A DNA stretch of 64,000 nt from Candidatus Marinacidobacterales bacterium (lineage in GTDB: Bacteria; Acidobacteriota; Vicinamibacteria; Marinacidobacterales; DATDRI01), in the NCBI GenBank assembly GCA_965219415.1, contig CBDCNP010000002.1, positions 1,952,001 to 2,016,000 of the forward strand. Direction: 5' to 3'. Shown piece after piece: positions 1 through 10,980 of this stretch; the first letter of the stretch is position 1, and each line of letters begins with the position of its first letter. The notes below the pieces were generated by a model. The model saw only the letters and a program-made list of their open reading frames with translations, did no database searches and had not been told where the DNA came from. The position numbers and the translations under genes are program-made.

Positions 1-41
1 GACCAGAGGACGAGACACCGAAGGCCGCTGCCGATCTAAGA

Positions 42-182
42 ATGATAGACACGCTGGTCGGGCCGGGGACCAAGGTCCTCGACGCCTCGGGTCAAACACT
101 CGTGCCCGGATTCGGTCATAGCCACGGCCACATCGAATCGAGCCGACTGACTCCCGACCGCTTCGCGCAAGTGGCTTTGCCC
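42..182 (+). pseudogene. Adenine deaminase-like amidohydrolase N-terminal fragment, truncated by IS5
   Basis: VLDASGQTLVPGFGHSHGHIESSRLTPDRFAQVALP matches the Ade motif D-x-x-G-x-x-L-x-PG-x-x-x-x-H-x-H-IESS; similarity stops at the IS inverted repeat. Confidence 0.7.
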
Positions 183-1271
183 CTGCCTTGGTGCACAACT
201 CCGATAGAGGCCGAGAGCTCGCTTGGCCCCGACTCCCATCATCCGATCATCTCGCTATCAGGCATCCCGAGCGCCGTCATGGTGTTGAGAATCTTGCACC
301 CGATCCTTGCCTCACCTCTCTGTGCCGCCAACCCTCTCGCTCGCATCGCTGAGCCCACGATAGCCTTGTAGCGATGGAACGTTGTCTCGACTTTGCTCCG
401 TTTGCTGTAGCCCGATTCTGTGTGCCACTTTCGTTTGCCGAGCCGAGCTTGTGCTGCAATGTTGCGATTGCGCTGTCGGCTGCTCGCCGGCCCCGATGCG
501 AGCAGGGCGCCCTTGCGCGGCGGTATCAGCACCCTCGGCGAGCGATGAGCGCTGTGATTCTCGATTGCCTCATAGACGCCGCTGGCGTCGTATGCGGTGT
601 CAGCTCTGGCCGATGAGATGGGACTGTCGATCTGTCCGACAAGCGATGCAACCCGCGATGAATCGCGGGCTCTTTTGCTCGTCAGCTCGCCGGCGACGAC
701 TTCGCCACTCTGCTCGTCGACACACAGATGGAGCTTGCGATAGTCCCTGCTCTTTTGTGCTCTGCGCAGCTGGCCGGCGTGGACAGCGAGACCGCTGCTG
801 TCGAACAAGATGTGCAACGGCGTCTTCTGCTTGACTGGGTAGAAGGGGACCTTACCCAGCTTCGGCTTGCGCCTCGAGATCGTGGTGTGATCGGGCACAT
901 CATTGTCTAGCTTCATCAGAGCGAACAACGACCGCAGCAATCCCTCGCTCTGCCTAGATGACAGATGAAACACCATGCCCAGGGTGACAGCCGTCTCGAT
1001 GGCGTGGTTCGAGTACTTGCGTTGACGGCCCGGTTTCCTCCTCCTTGGCCGGGGCGCGTCCCAGTTCACAAGCTTGCCGGCGGTGAGCGAGATCCAGACG
1101 GTCAGGCTCCCGCGGTTGCGTAGACCCGCCTCATATTCACGCCAATTCCTCACGCGATAGGCCTTCTTCACATACTTCCGCTGAGTGCGTTTGAAAATGC
1201 TCATGGGGAACCTCGTATCCGCGAGTACAGGACAATTGTGGACCGAGATCGCGAGTTGTGCACCAAGGCAG
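183..1271 (-). mobile_element. IS5-family (IS903-group-like) insertion sequence
   Basis: Perfect 19-bp terminal inverted repeats CTGCCTTGGTGCACAACTC (183-201) and GAGTTGTGCACCAAGGCAG (1253-1271) enclosing a transposase. Confidence 0.9.
239..1204 (-). CDS. IS5-family transposase
   Basis: YRVRNWREYEAGLRNRGSLT, PDHTTISRR, DSSG, YRKLHL, ADTAYD, GYSKRSKVET motifs; likely start MSIFK at 1204. Confidence 0.92.
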   Translation of the reverse strand: MSIFKRTQRKYVKKAYRVRNWREYEAGLRNRGSLTVWISLTAGKLVNWDAPRPRRRKPGRQRKYSNHAIETAVTLGMVFHLSSRQSEGLLRSLFALMKLDNDVPDHTTISRRKPKLGKVPFYPVKQKTPLHILFDSSGLAVHAGQLRRAQKSRDYRKLHLCVDEQSGEVVAGELTSKRARDSSRVASLVGQIDSPISSARADTAYDASGVYEAIENHSAHRSPRVLIPPRKGALLASGPASSRQRNRNIAAQARLGKRKWHTESGYSKRSKVETTFHRYKAIVGSAMRARGLAAQRGEARIGCKILNTMTALGMPDSEMIG

Positions 1272-1591
1272 CATGGACCCAAGAAGTATAATGTGATGGC
1301 TTTGAAAATAGTACGTCAAGTGTGCGCGATGACATCCTTTATTGGGCGCGATGGCGTTCGTCGGCACATGCAGGTCAACTAACATAGCATTCAAAGGCCT
1401 CCAACGCCCCGCAGCACCGGTGTCGAGTTTGATTTCGAGCTCGCGCCGACCCGCAATTTCGACTTTGCCATTTCACGAGCTTCAACAACTCCCAGATGCA
1501 ATCCACCGTGCAGCCAACCTCGGCAACGAGAATCCTGGAGGGGCGGCGGCTACCGACCGTGCCCCAGTTCCAGTTCGCCGCCATCGGCCAC

Positions 1592-1930
1592 CTACCAGTG
1601 GCAGACGGGGAGTCGGTACCCTACGTGACCGCTAGTTGCCAGCACGTCGGCGAGCCCGTCCGCGAGGACATCGACTGGCGCAGGCCCCCCCCGCGATGGC
1701 TTGCCGCGCATCGACCTCGGGGACCTCCCGGTCGCCATCCACGACCGCTCCATGTGGAGCGTGCGACGCTTGGTGCACACCCGCATCCTCACGAGCCTTC
1801 GCACCTGCTCCAGCCGAAGCGTGCGCTACAACGGCCACCGCGTCGCGACCAAGAGGTACAGTGAGGCCACAAGGTGCGCCGCCGACCACGGAACGACGTT
1901 CACTTCGAGTGGTTCGTTCGGCATCATGTC
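1592..1930 (-). pseudogene. Possible degenerate transposase remnant (IS4-like C-terminus)
   Basis: Stop-interrupted frame reads ...ATRWPL*RTLRLEQVRRLV...VLADGLADVL and lies between two IS elements; resemblance is weak. Confidence 0.25.
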
Positions 1931-2053
1931 TGCCGACCGCCCACGCCGCTCGCGGAACTCGCCGCCGGGGCGGGTGCCACGAATCATCACGTCAGCAGAA
2001 TCGTCTGGCCGGCACGCTCGATCTCTCTGTTCGGTCATACGCTCTCACATAGT

Positions 2054-2955
2054 CGGTTCAAGATCCGAGTCCGTGGCAGCATGCACCAATAATATGAATA
2101 TTGAGGTGCTTCCGCCATCAAGTGTTGCTACGTGGCTGCGGGCAGTGGTACGGGTGCGGAAGAGAGCGGATTGCGCGCCTCTTGACCTGCTCCGGCACCC
2201 GCCGGAGCAACATCTTCGTTCGCTGACTAGTGCTGAACATGGTGCGGTCGGACAGCTTGCCGATCAGCGCATAGCCCGTCTTTCGTTCCACGAGCGTGGT
2301 TACGCAGTCCGGCGCGCCTTTTCCTACCACGGTGTCGATCTCCCAGTGGCCAACGGCACTGCGCTTGTCGACACAAGGCGGCCGCTCGGAGATATGACGC
2401 TTCCCGGCCAGGTGGCCTCGGCTGTCATAGCTGTTGTGGCGCTTGCGTCTAAGTTTGGGCGAGCATCGAAGGTGGCGGTATAGATGTCCTCCGGCCTCCT
2501 TGTCCCGCCAGACGTGGGTGTAGATCGTCTCGTGGCTGATCGAGAGCTCGCCGTGAAGGCGCAGGTGGCCGGAGATCTGCTCTGGGCTCCAGTCAGCCTT
2601 AAGCTTCTTCTCCACCAGGGCAAAGTCGGCCTTTGTGAAGTACTGGTTCCGGCGAGACCGCGATCGTCGTCCGTTCGTTTTCTCGATGGCCTTGCTCGGC
2701 CGGTAGCATCCATCACTACGTGAGCTGTTCCTCCTGACCTCTCTCGAGATTGTGCTCCGGTGGTGCCCCAGGCGCCGCGCAATCTCGGCCGAGCAAAATC
2801 CCTCCCGTCGCAGCGCCGCGATGGTGTATCGTTCTTCCGAGGTGATCTGGTAATAAGTCATTAGCGAGTCCCCATTCTTGGTTGTTTGAGGAATCGTGGC
2901 ACATTCCAGGTCACCTCATCCGGGAGCTGTGTTGCACTTACTTTATGAATTCGGG
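2054..2955 (-). mobile_element. IS30-family element, internally deleted
   Basis: IS30 transposase; end sequence GTTGCACTTACTTTATGAATTCG near 2930-2953 and a partial counterpart CGGTTCAAGATCCGAGT near 2054-2070. Confidence 0.7.
2118..2861 (-). pseudogene. IS30-family transposase, C-terminally truncated
   Basis: HTH (AEIARRLGHHRSTISREVRRN), WSPEQI, SHETIY, GHWEIDTVVG, TLVERKTGY; the later catalytic motifs (DNG.EF, E..N) are missing. Confidence 0.88.
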
Positions 2956-3154
2956 CTTCATCATCCCTCATCAGCGGCGGCGATTGCGGGGCACCGACGC
3001 CATTGGCTATAACGTCGGTCCTCTCGATTGAGTCGACGAACGGAAGTGGATTGGCGATTCGTCTAGTATCCATAGCCGGCCACGCGGCCGCTGCCAGAGA
3101 GTCAAGCCATATGCGGGCATCAAAACGGCGCGTTGCCGCTAGGTAGTTGGTCAG

Positions 3155-4156
3155 ATGCCCCTCCAAGCGCGCGCGCCCACTCGTATCGATCTGGCGGGGG
3201 GGACTCTCGACATTTGGCCCGTCTACCTGATGCTAGAGCAGGCGGCCACCGTGAACGTCGCTATCGATCTCTATGCCGAAGCGAGCATCGAGCCGGCCAC
3301 GCCCACATGGCGCGTGACGGTCGAGGACGGCGGGGGGCAGATCGAGTCTCCGTCACCGGAAGAGCTCTCTAAGCAGACCGGCGCCGAGATCGCCGGCACG
3401 CTTCTCGGTTTCTTCACACCCGACGAGCCCGTCTCGATCACGACGCGCAGCCACGCACCTCCACAATCGGGACTCGGCGCTTCCTCGGCGCTTGGAATCG
3501 CGCTGGCCGGTGGCCTGAACCAATTGACCGGCTCCCGATACCAGCCTTCGGACCTCATCGAGATCGTGAAGAACACTGAGGCAAAGATCCTCGGGACGAT
3601 GACGGGAGTGCAAGATCACTATCCTCCCGTATACGGCGGCGCCAGCTGTCTCTGGTGGGGCATGGGCGGCGATCGACGCGAGCCGCTGCCCCTCGATGCC
3701 TCGAGCTTCGAGGAACGCTTCTTGCTCGCCTACACGCACCAGCCACACCGCTCGGGAGTCAATAATTGGGAGGTCGTAAAACGCTTCCTGGACGGAGATG
3801 TGACGACCCGGCAAGCTTTCGAGACCATCGGTGCCATCGCCGTTGAGATGCGGGACGCGCTGGTAAACGGGGACCTCGAGCGTGCGGGAGACCTCGTCGG
3901 TGAAGAATGGGAAGCCCGTCAACAACTGGCGCCTGCCGTCTCGAGCCCCGAAGTCGAACGGATCCTGCTGACCGCGCTGCAGTCCGGGGCGGACAGCGGG
4001 AAAGCGTGTGGAGCAGGCGGTGGCGGGTGTCTCCTCATAGCGGTACGACCCGATAAGCGGCCGGCCGTGGAGGACGCGATTCGCGCCGCCGGAGGTTCCC
4101 TGGTAGTCTTCCACGTCGACACCCAGGGTTTACAACTGGATTCCGCAGGAGGATAA
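3155..4156 (+). CDS. GHMP-family sugar kinase (HddA / heptose-7-phosphate kinase-like)
   Basis: APTRIDLAGGTLD, PPQSGLGASSA, GVQD, KACGAGGGG motifs. Confidence 0.88.
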   Translation: MPLQARAPTRIDLAGGTLDIWPVYLMLEQAATVNVAIDLYAEASIEPATPTWRVTVEDGGGQIESPSPEELSKQTGAEIAGTLLGFFTPDEPVSITTRSHAPPQSGLGASSALGIALAGGLNQLTGSRYQPSDLIEIVKNTEAKILGTMTGVQDHYPPVYGGASCLWWGMGGDRREPLPLDASSFEERFLLAYTHQPHRSGVNNWEVVKRFLDGDVTTRQAFETIGAIAVEMRDALVNGDLERAGDLVGEEWEARQQLAPAVSSPEVERILLTALQSGADSGKACGAGGGGCLLIAVRPDKRPAVEDAIRAAGGSLVVFHVDTQGLQLDSAGG

Positions 4157-4157
4157 T

Positions 4158-4721
4158 TTGGCCACCGCAACACAAATCCGCAAGGGCTGGGTGATCAAAC
4201 TGAACAACGAGCTTTTCTTCGTACTCGCCATGGATCACATCACGCCCGGGAAAGGCAAAGCCTTCGTTCAAACTAAACTACGAAGTCTCAAAAGCGGTCG
4301 GCTCCTCGACCACCGGTTCCGCTCAGTCGATAACGTAGAGAAAGCCGTCTTAACGACCGTTGAAATGAACTACATGTACGGCTCGGGCGGCGAGCACCAC
4401 TTCATGAACAACGAGACGTATGAGCAGATCATGCTCACCGAGACGATCCTCGGCGATGCGATGAACTATCTGGTGCCCAACAGCACCCTCAAGGTACAGA
4501 TGCACGAGGGCACGGCGGTCGGCATCGAGCTCCCGAGCTCGGTGAAGCTCAAGGTCGTCGATACCGAGCCAGGTATCAAAGGTGCCTCGGCGCAGCAGCA
4601 GTCCAAACCGGCCACTCTCGAGACCGGCCTGGTGGTGCAGGTTCCATATTTCGTCAACGAGGACGAAGTGATTCGGATCGACACCTTCGAAGGCAAGTAC
4701 GTCGAGCGAGTCAAGTCGTGA
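4158..4721 (+). CDS. efp: Elongation factor P
   Basis: HITPGKGKAFVQTKL, KPATLETG, VPYFVNEDEVIRIDT; TTG start after GGAGG. Confidence 0.96.
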   Translation: MATATQIRKGWVIKLNNELFFVLAMDHITPGKGKAFVQTKLRSLKSGRLLDHRFRSVDNVEKAVLTTVEMNYMYGSGGEHHFMNNETYEQIMLTETILGDAMNYLVPNSTLKVQMHEGTAVGIELPSSVKLKVVDTEPGIKGASAQQQSKPATLETGLVVQVPYFVNEDEVIRIDTFEGKYVERVKS

Positions 4722-4745
4722 GTAGCCATTGAGGGGGGTTCGACA

Positions 4746-5390
4746 TTGATAGTTGCCATCGGCTCCACACGGGGTCCCAAGGTGGAGGCGGTCAGACACG
4801 CACTGTCCATACTCAAGGAGCGATTTCCCGGGTTCTTTCGCGACGAGCTCCGTCTCATCGCCAGGACCGTACCCTCGGGGACTGCATCTACTCCCCTTTC
4901 AACGGCTGAGCTCATGGAAGGCGCTCAAACACGCGCCCAAGGACTCTACGAGATTCTCTCCGAAGAGGGAACTGTCGCCAAGCTGGCTATCGGGCTCGAA
5001 GGAGGACTGCGAAGTGAACATTCTGCGGGCCTCACGGAGCCGGTGGTCTCGCTAGAGGCCTGGGCCTACGTAACCGACGGAGTGAGTGGTTTCTTTGGAA
5101 GCAGCGGTTGTCTGCCGCTTCCCAGCGAGTTGGTTCAAGCTGTGATCGAATGCGGCGAGGATCTCGGGCCGGCTGCAGACAAGTTCTACGGCCAACAGGA
5201 TGTCGCGGGACGACAAGGAACGTTCGGAGTCCTAACCGCCGATCTGGTCACACGGGAAGAAGCGTTCGTGCGCGCTCTTCTCCACGCTTTGGCACCGTTT
5301 TACAACGCGTCTGCGTACGCCGAGCGGGGCGCCGAGAAGACGACCAAGAAACGGCCCGCCCCAGCGCCACAAGCGCCCCCCGAAGCGTAG
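4746..5390 (+). CDS. yjjX: Inosine/xanthosine triphosphatase (YjjX/DUF84)
   Basis: [33 protein letters not shown]...TR. Confidence 0.8.
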   Translation: MIVAIGSTRGPKVEAVRHALSILKERFPGFFRDELRLIARTVPSGTASTPLSTAELMEGAQTRAQGLYEILSEEGTVAKLAIGLEGGLRSEHSAGLTEPVVSLEAWAYVTDGVSGFFGSSGCLPLPSELVQAVIECGEDLGPAADKFYGQQDVAGRQGTFGVLTADLVTREEAFVRALLHALAPFYNASAYAERGAEKTTKKRPAPAPQAPPEA

Positions 5391-5401
5391 GGCAATCGCA
5401 C

Positions 5402-5974
5402 ATGGATGTCGTTCGCTCTCGCTCGGGATGGATCGAAGTCATCACCGGGAGCATGTTCAGCGGCAAGAGCGAGGAGCTGATTCGCCGCGTGCGACGTGCC
5501 CAGATCGCTCGCCAACGTGTCCAAGTGTTCAAACCGAGCATCGACGGTCGTTACAGTCTGGAGCATATCGTCTCCCACAACGAGCAACGACTCGAGGCGG
5601 AGCTGGTCCCCACCGCGGATGAAATAGAGAATCGTCTCGACGATCGGACCGAAGTCGTGGGCATCGACGAGGCACAATTCTTCGATCCGGACCTAGTCAA
5701 GGTGTGCAACAAATTGGCTTGCATGGGCAAGCGCGTCATCGTTGCCGGCCTCGACCAAGACTACTTGGGCAAGCCTTTCGAACCGCTCCCACAATTGCTC
5801 GCCATTGCGGAGTACATCACCAAGACCCTAGCGATCTGTATGCGTTGTGGGGACCCTGCGAATCACACGCAGCGACTCGGGACCTCCCACGAAAGAGTCG
5901 TGGTCGGAGGTTCCGAAGCCTACGAAGCGCGCTGCAGACGCTGCTTCGAGCCCGGGCCGGCGACCGACAACTGA
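5402..5974 (+). CDS. tdk: Thymidine kinase
   Basis: [29 protein letters not shown]...YEARCRRC zinc site. Confidence 0.96.
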   Translation: MDVVRSRSGWIEVITGSMFSGKSEELIRRVRRAQIARQRVQVFKPSIDGRYSLEHIVSHNEQRLEAELVPTADEIENRLDDRTEVVGIDEAQFFDPDLVKVCNKLACMGKRVIVAGLDQDYLGKPFEPLPQLLAIAEYITKTLAICMRCGDPANHTQRLGTSHERVVVGGSEAYEARCRRCFEPGPATDN

Positions 5975-6886
5975 GCCTTTCTTAGTCCTTCCACCCATAG
6001 GTTGGCTCCGAGCACCGCGAGGGTGAGCGCCCCACCCGGCACGGCAAGCGTCCACCAGTATCGGGTCAACGAAGCGTAGTTAGAGGCCGCGAAGGCCAGC
6101 ATGTTTCCCCAACTAGCATGGGGCTCCTGCACTCCGAGGCCTAGGAACGAAAGCGTCGCTTCACCTAACAGGAAATACGGGAGCGTGAGACCCACCTGCA
6201 GCAACAAGAGGGGAAGCGTATTCGGAAGGATGTGTCGGAAGAAGAGTCGACCCTGGCCGGCCCCGGCGGCGACCGCGGACGTGGCAAAGTCGCGTTCTCG
6301 CAGCGACAAGACGTGCCCTCGCACGAGCCGTGAAACACCGCACCAACCGACGAGCGCCAACGACCCAACTAGAATCAAGGCCGTCCAACCCTGGGCTAGG
6401 TCATCGGGGAAAACGTTCCGGATCGCGAGAATCAGATAAAGGGCTGGGAGGGCCATGAAGAGCTCCGTCGTTCGCATCAACCATCGATCCCATATCCCAC
6501 CGCCGATTGCCGCGGCCGCTCCCACGAGGGCGCCGAAGCTCACGGTGAGCAAAACACCAAGTAAAGCGGCCGTTGCACTCACCCGCGCTCCATGGAGCAC
6601 CCTCAAGAGTAGGTCTCTTCCCAGAGCGTCGGTACCCAGGAGATAGACTCGACAACCCTGGAACCCGAACAAATGGGTGGCCCCGTCTTTAGTCCGCCAC
6701 CAGCCAGCTAACTGAACAGCCGGCGCTCGGAAGCGAAGGCGGATGATGGAAGCTCTCCCGATCCTGGGCTCGCGGGCTGTAGGGCGCCAAGAAGGAGGCC
6801 CCGACTCCCGCGACGGTGATGACCGAAAGCAGGGCGATCCCTAAGCGTGCCCCCCGATCGGCCCACCACTTGGGTTTCCTCAACAT
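5920..6886 (-). CDS. Oligopeptide/dipeptide ABC permease OppC/DppC-like (frameshifted near 6680)
   Basis: N-terminal OppC-type APYSP motif in 6689-6886; [12 protein letters not shown]-like loop, HILPN, LSFLGLG, SWGNML in 5920-6672. Confidence 0.85.
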
Positions 6887-7227
6887 TTGTGACTCAGTGC
6901 GCGCTCACTCGTCGATCAATGCCGCGGGGCCCCACCGCAGCCTGGCGAGCTCCAGATTGGCAACAACGTATTTTGGCAGCAAGCGGGAATTGAGTTCCCG
7001 CCTGGCGAAGTCGATTGGTGGCACCGACCTCTTTTGGCGGCCGACACGATCTCCCAGCCACGCCTAAGTGCTTCGTCGACTGGGCGACTACGCATGGGCT
7101 CATGGCTGTGTTCCCGCGCTTGGCGCCTCGCTCTTCGCTGGGCGCACCGCCGCCTGGCCACGTCGAGTCTGAGCAACTACCTAGTTTGGCGGCCAACTCG
7201 GGCTCGCAGTGAATCTTCTGCACCTTT

Positions 7228-8199
7228 CTAGGCCTCCTCCATGCGAATACGTGGATCGGCGGCGCCCGTCAATAAGTCCGCGATCAGATTGCCGAAGAGG
7301 ATCAAGACCGATCCGAGTACCAATATCCCAAGCAGCAAGAACGAATCTCGGGCGAGCAGTCCGTCGAACGCGAGCCTCCCCATGCCCGGCCATCCGACAA
7401 ACACCTCGATTAGAAACGCACCGTTCAACATCCGCGCTAGAGAAGCGCCCGCGAAAGCGATGAGTGGGACCAATGCCGGCCGGAGACCGTAGCGGACGAG
7501 TATCTGGCCTTCGGTAAGGCCACGGGAGCGCGCCGCCCTCACGAATTCCGAGGGTAGAATTTCGAGTAGAGCCCCCCTGGCCTGCAAGAAGAATAGAGGG
7601 GACATCGAGAAGGTAAGGAGAAAGGCCGGCAACAGTAGATGCCGAGCATGATCCAACATCCGACTCAACCACGGAAGCTCGAGCGATCCGGCCATAGAAC
7701 CACCACTGATGGGAAGCAGACCGGTGGCCGCGGCAATTCCCAAGCCACCCACCGCAAGCACCAAAGTGGGAACCGAGACGGCTCCGAGTGCAAGACCGGC
7801 AAGGATTCGATCCAGCGATCGTCCCGGACCAAGCATCGCGAGAAGGCCGAATGCCAAACCGACGAGGGACGAGACGACCAGCGCCACCAGCACGAGGGCC
7901 AGCGTATAGAGTGCCGCCTCGCCAAGGAGCTCCGCTACCGGACGTCGAAAGGCGAGAGAAACCCCCAGGTCGCCGCGGACCGCTCCCGCCAACCACGACA
8001 GGTATTGTTCATACCAGGGCTTGTCGAGACCGAAGCGGCTCACAAGGTCGTCGACCGTCCAGGGCGGAATCCCCGGATCCAGTCGCAAACGATCGACGAA
8101 CGAGCCGGGCGCCAGGTGGAGAAGCAGAAAGGAGAAGAAGCTCACCCCGAACAGCAAGGGAATGGCGGCCAGAAGTCTCGTGAGCGCCATACGAAACAC
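7228..8199 (-). CDS. Oligopeptide/dipeptide ABC permease OppB/DppB-like
   Basis: FGLDKPWYEQY, GDLGVSL, FVRAARSRGL, IEVFVGWPGMG, GNLIADL...DPRI. Confidence 0.92.
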   Translation of the reverse strand: MFRMALTRLLAAIPLLFGVSFFSFLLLHLAPGSFVDRLRLDPGIPPWTVDDLVSRFGLDKPWYEQYLSWLAGAVRGDLGVSLAFRRPVAELLGEAALYTLALVLVALVVSSLVGLAFGLLAMLGPGRSLDRILAGLALGAVSVPTLVLAVGGLGIAAATGLLPISGGSMAGSLELPWLSRMLDHARHLLLPAFLLTFSMSPLFFLQARGALLEILPSEFVRAARSRGLTEGQILVRYGLRPALVPLIAFAGASLARMLNGAFLIEVFVGWPGMGRLAFDGLLARDSFLLLGILVLGSVLILFGNLIADLLTGAADPRIRMEEA

Positions 8200-8280
8200 G
8201 ACGCGTCAAACCTCGACAGCAAGCCCCTCAGGGCGTGGGTAACAAACCCTCATGAAGAGTCCGAAGATTTCGCCGCTCGT

Positions 8281-10791
8281 TTATCCCACCCGGCGATCGG
8301 TCTTGTCCTCGGCTCCAAAGAGGCTGGGCTGTTGTGCGACGCGATCAGACTCCTCCGGCCTTCGGCGACGCATCTTTCGACGACTCTTCTGATCGTACAT
8401 GTTTCTATCGGCCGCCATGAGGAGGGACTCGAGATCGGCACCGTCAGCGGGAAAAGACGCGAGCCCGAGTGATATTCCCACGCTCAGCATCTTTCCGATC
8501 CCGACGTCGATGTCGGATGACTCCACGACTTCCTGCAGTCGATGGGAAAACTGAACGGCCTGTTCCATCGTCGTCTTCGGCAATACCGCAATGAACTCGT
8601 CCCCAGCATAGCGGACCAATACGTCACTGTCTCGCATCTGCGCCTTCAGGATGCGTCCGACCTCTTTTAGGAACCGATCTCCGGCATGATGACCAAAACG
8701 GTCGTTCACGCTCTTGAAGTCATCCAGATCCATCTCGATGACGGTGAGCGGCTCGTCGTAGCGTTTTGCCTCCGAAAGGGTCTGCTCGAAGAAAATGTAG
8801 AGGAATCGAGAATTGGCGAGGCTCGTCAAACGATCGGTGAAGGCGTCCTCTTGGGTCTCCTCGAACCGAATCGCGTTGTAGAGCGCTATCGACGAGCGGT
8901 TGGCGATGATCTCCATCAACCGCACATGGTCGTGCGAATACCGCTCGTTTCCCGACCAATAGAGCCCGATTGTTCCGAGCGGTCGTTCCTCGTGAATCAA
9001 CGGAGCCAAAATGGAGTTATGGTAATTCTTTCGGAATTGCTCGGGAAGAAGCATCAGATCCGGACCCGGGTGTACGTTGTAGAGCATGCGGTTGTTGGCG
9101 GCCACCCAACCGGCCAATCGCGTCCCGAACTCGATGGACACCTCTTTGAAGGCGTCTGGGTCTTGCCCCGTGATGTGAGCGGGTGTTAGAACCCCCTGGC
9201 TATCGTCCACGAGATAGATGACGAGCGTGCTGAACGGAATGATCTTCTCGATCTTGGATGCGATGATGGTGAGCGTGTCGGGACGGGACAACGAATTGCC
9301 AACGGTCTGCAAGATTTCGAATAGAGTAAATACCTCGCGCTGGGGCTCGGATATTGAGTCGCTGAAGGCGGGAGCCTGTGGAACTCCCACGATGTCCGGC
9401 ATCCGCTTCTTGTCCCGATGCTCCTTCGGCGCCGCCAGCTCCCGAACCGCCAATGTTCGTAACTGCGCGTCGAGCCCATCCACGATCTCTAGGAATTTGT
9501 TGAACACAATGGGGTCGAAACGATGTGCTTCCCGTTGCATGATCGAGATCGCTGTTTCCCGATCCAGGGAGCGCCGGTAGACGCGGCGGGCGGTCAGCGC
9601 TTCGTAGCAATCGGCGACCGCCATAATCCGGGAACCAAAAGGAATCTCGTCACCTTTGAGGCCGTCGGGGTAACCGCTCCCGTCCCAATTTTCATGGTGA
9701 TGTTTCACGAATGGAATCACCGGAACTGGGAAATCGATGGTGGAGAGGATCTGAGCACCCACCGCGGGGTGCGTACTCATCTTCTGGAACTCTCTTTCCG
9801 TCAAACGCGTGGGTTTGTGAAGGATGTACGAGGGGATCGAGATCTTGCCAACATCGTGTAACACCGCGGCGAACCAGAGTCCCTCATAAGTTTTATCGTC
9901 GACACCCAACGCGCGCGCCAATTGCAGGGTTATCAAACGGGTGCGTTGAATATGCGTGCTCGTGTGGTGCTTGTAATCGGTATGGAGCTCTAGCGCACCG
10001 ATCGATAGCGCGAACGCTTCCGCGGTTTGAGTGTAGAGCTGCGTAAGGTCTTCGTACTTCTCGTTGTAGAAGTGATGGGCGTAGTAAACCACCACCAAAA
10101 TGGGAAGACCGAGCAGGAACGCCCAAGGCCCAGCCACTCTCTGGAAGAAGTAAATGACTGCCGCGCCGGAGGCGGAAGCGAGAAAGTAGAGAGGAACAAG
10201 GGAAACGTTCTCTCTCCAAAGCCTCCAGAAGTCACTCCGGCCAGTCACTGCCATCATGGCGTGCATGGAGGCGGAGTTGATTAGGAAATACGTCCCGGAC
10301 AGCAAAAGGACGGGCACGATGACTTGATAGGCCGCCACAGGCCCCGATGGCAAGAACGCGTAATACACAATGCCGTAGACGAACGCGTAGATTCCGCCCG
10401 ACGCGGTGTTGAGGATGGCCTGGCCGTTCTTCCACGCTAGGTTCTCGGCGCGGTTCTCCAAGTGCTTCGTCTTGGTAGTAAACCAGTAGCCCGCCAAGGT
10501 GAAGAGGGCATTGGCCACGACTCCCGGCGCAATCCCGTAGATCATCGTCACCGAGAGGATCAGACAATCGGCCACCGCCATCCAGGTTTGGGTGCGAGGG
10601 ACACGAACGACCCACTTAGAGCTTAGAGAAGCGACCGCGATCAGACCGGCCAGCGACAGCCATTCCTGCCAGGTGAAGACCGCACGCAGCTGAACGAGGG
10701 CGTGGAAGGCCCAAGCGAAGATCGGGAGGGCAACGGCGACGACCGCCGCGATGTAGAGCTCGACTTTGGCTGGCCGATCTTGCCAGTCCAT
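8281..10791 (-). CDS. Membrane-anchored HD-GYP + GAF + GGDEF c-di-GMP metabolising protein
   Basis: About 7 hydrophobic segments in the first ~240 aa; LHDVGK...HHENWDGSGYP; GAF region; DLDDFKSVNDRFGH, RDSD I-site, RYAGDEF. Confidence 0.92.
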   Translation of the reverse strand: MDWQDRPAKVELYIAAVVAVALPIFAWAFHALVQLRAVFTWQEWLSLAGLIAVASLSSKWVVRVPRTQTWMAVADCLILSVTMIYGIAPGVVANALFTLAGYWFTTKTKHLENRAENLAWKNGQAILNTASGGIYAFVYGIVYYAFLPSGPVAAYQVIVPVLLLSGTYFLINSASMHAMMAVTGRSDFWRLWRENVSLVPLYFLASASGAAVIYFFQRVAGPWAFLLGLPILVVVYYAHHFYNEKYEDLTQLYTQTAEAFALSIGALELHTDYKHHTSTHIQRTRLITLQLARALGVDDKTYEGLWFAAVLHDVGKISIPSYILHKPTRLTEREFQKMSTHPAVGAQILSTIDFPVPVIPFVKHHHENWDGSGYPDGLKGDEIPFGSRIMAVADCYEALTARRVYRRSLDRETAISIMQREAHRFDPIVFNKFLEIVDGLDAQLRTLAVRELAAPKEHRDKKRMPDIVGVPQAPAFSDSISEPQREVFTLFEILQTVGNSLSRPDTLTIIASKIEKIIPFSTLVIYLVDDSQGVLTPAHITGQDPDAFKEVSIEFGTRLAGWVAANNRMLYNVHPGPDLMLLPEQFRKNYHNSILAPLIHEERPLGTIGLYWSGNERYSHDHVRLMEIIANRSSIALYNAIRFEETQEDAFTDRLTSLANSRFLYIFFEQTLSEAKRYDEPLTVIEMDLDDFKSVNDRFGHHAGDRFLKEVGRILKAQMRDSDVLVRYAGDEFIAVLPKTTMEQAVQFSHRLQEVVESSDIDVGIGKMLSVGISLGLASFPADGADLESLLMAADRNMYDQKSRRKMRRRRPEESDRVAQQPSLFGAEDKTDRRVG

Positions 10792-10932
10792 CGTGACTCC
10801 CGGTTAGCAGAAAGAAAAGTCGAGTTAAAAGAGACTTCTATTTAAGAGTCCGGTCCAATTGACTTCTTCTTTGATTCCGTTTACCGGGGTTCGTATTAAT
10901 GAATTAGCAAGACGGCAAAATGAAGAGATGTG

Positions 10933-10962
10933 ATAGTAGCACAGCGGCGCCAGGCCGGTCAA
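10933..10962 (-). promoter_or_regulatory. Putative sigma70 promoter of the HD-GYP/GGDEF gene
   Basis: Minus strand TTGACC-18 nt-TACTAT with extended -10 TG. Confidence 0.55.
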
Positions 10963-10980
10963 GATACTAAGGCAGGGAGT

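Noticed and set aside
10800-10930. c-di-GMP riboswitch upstream of the HD-GYP gene
   Set aside because: No GGCAAAC...GACGCAAAG-type consensus visible on the coding strand
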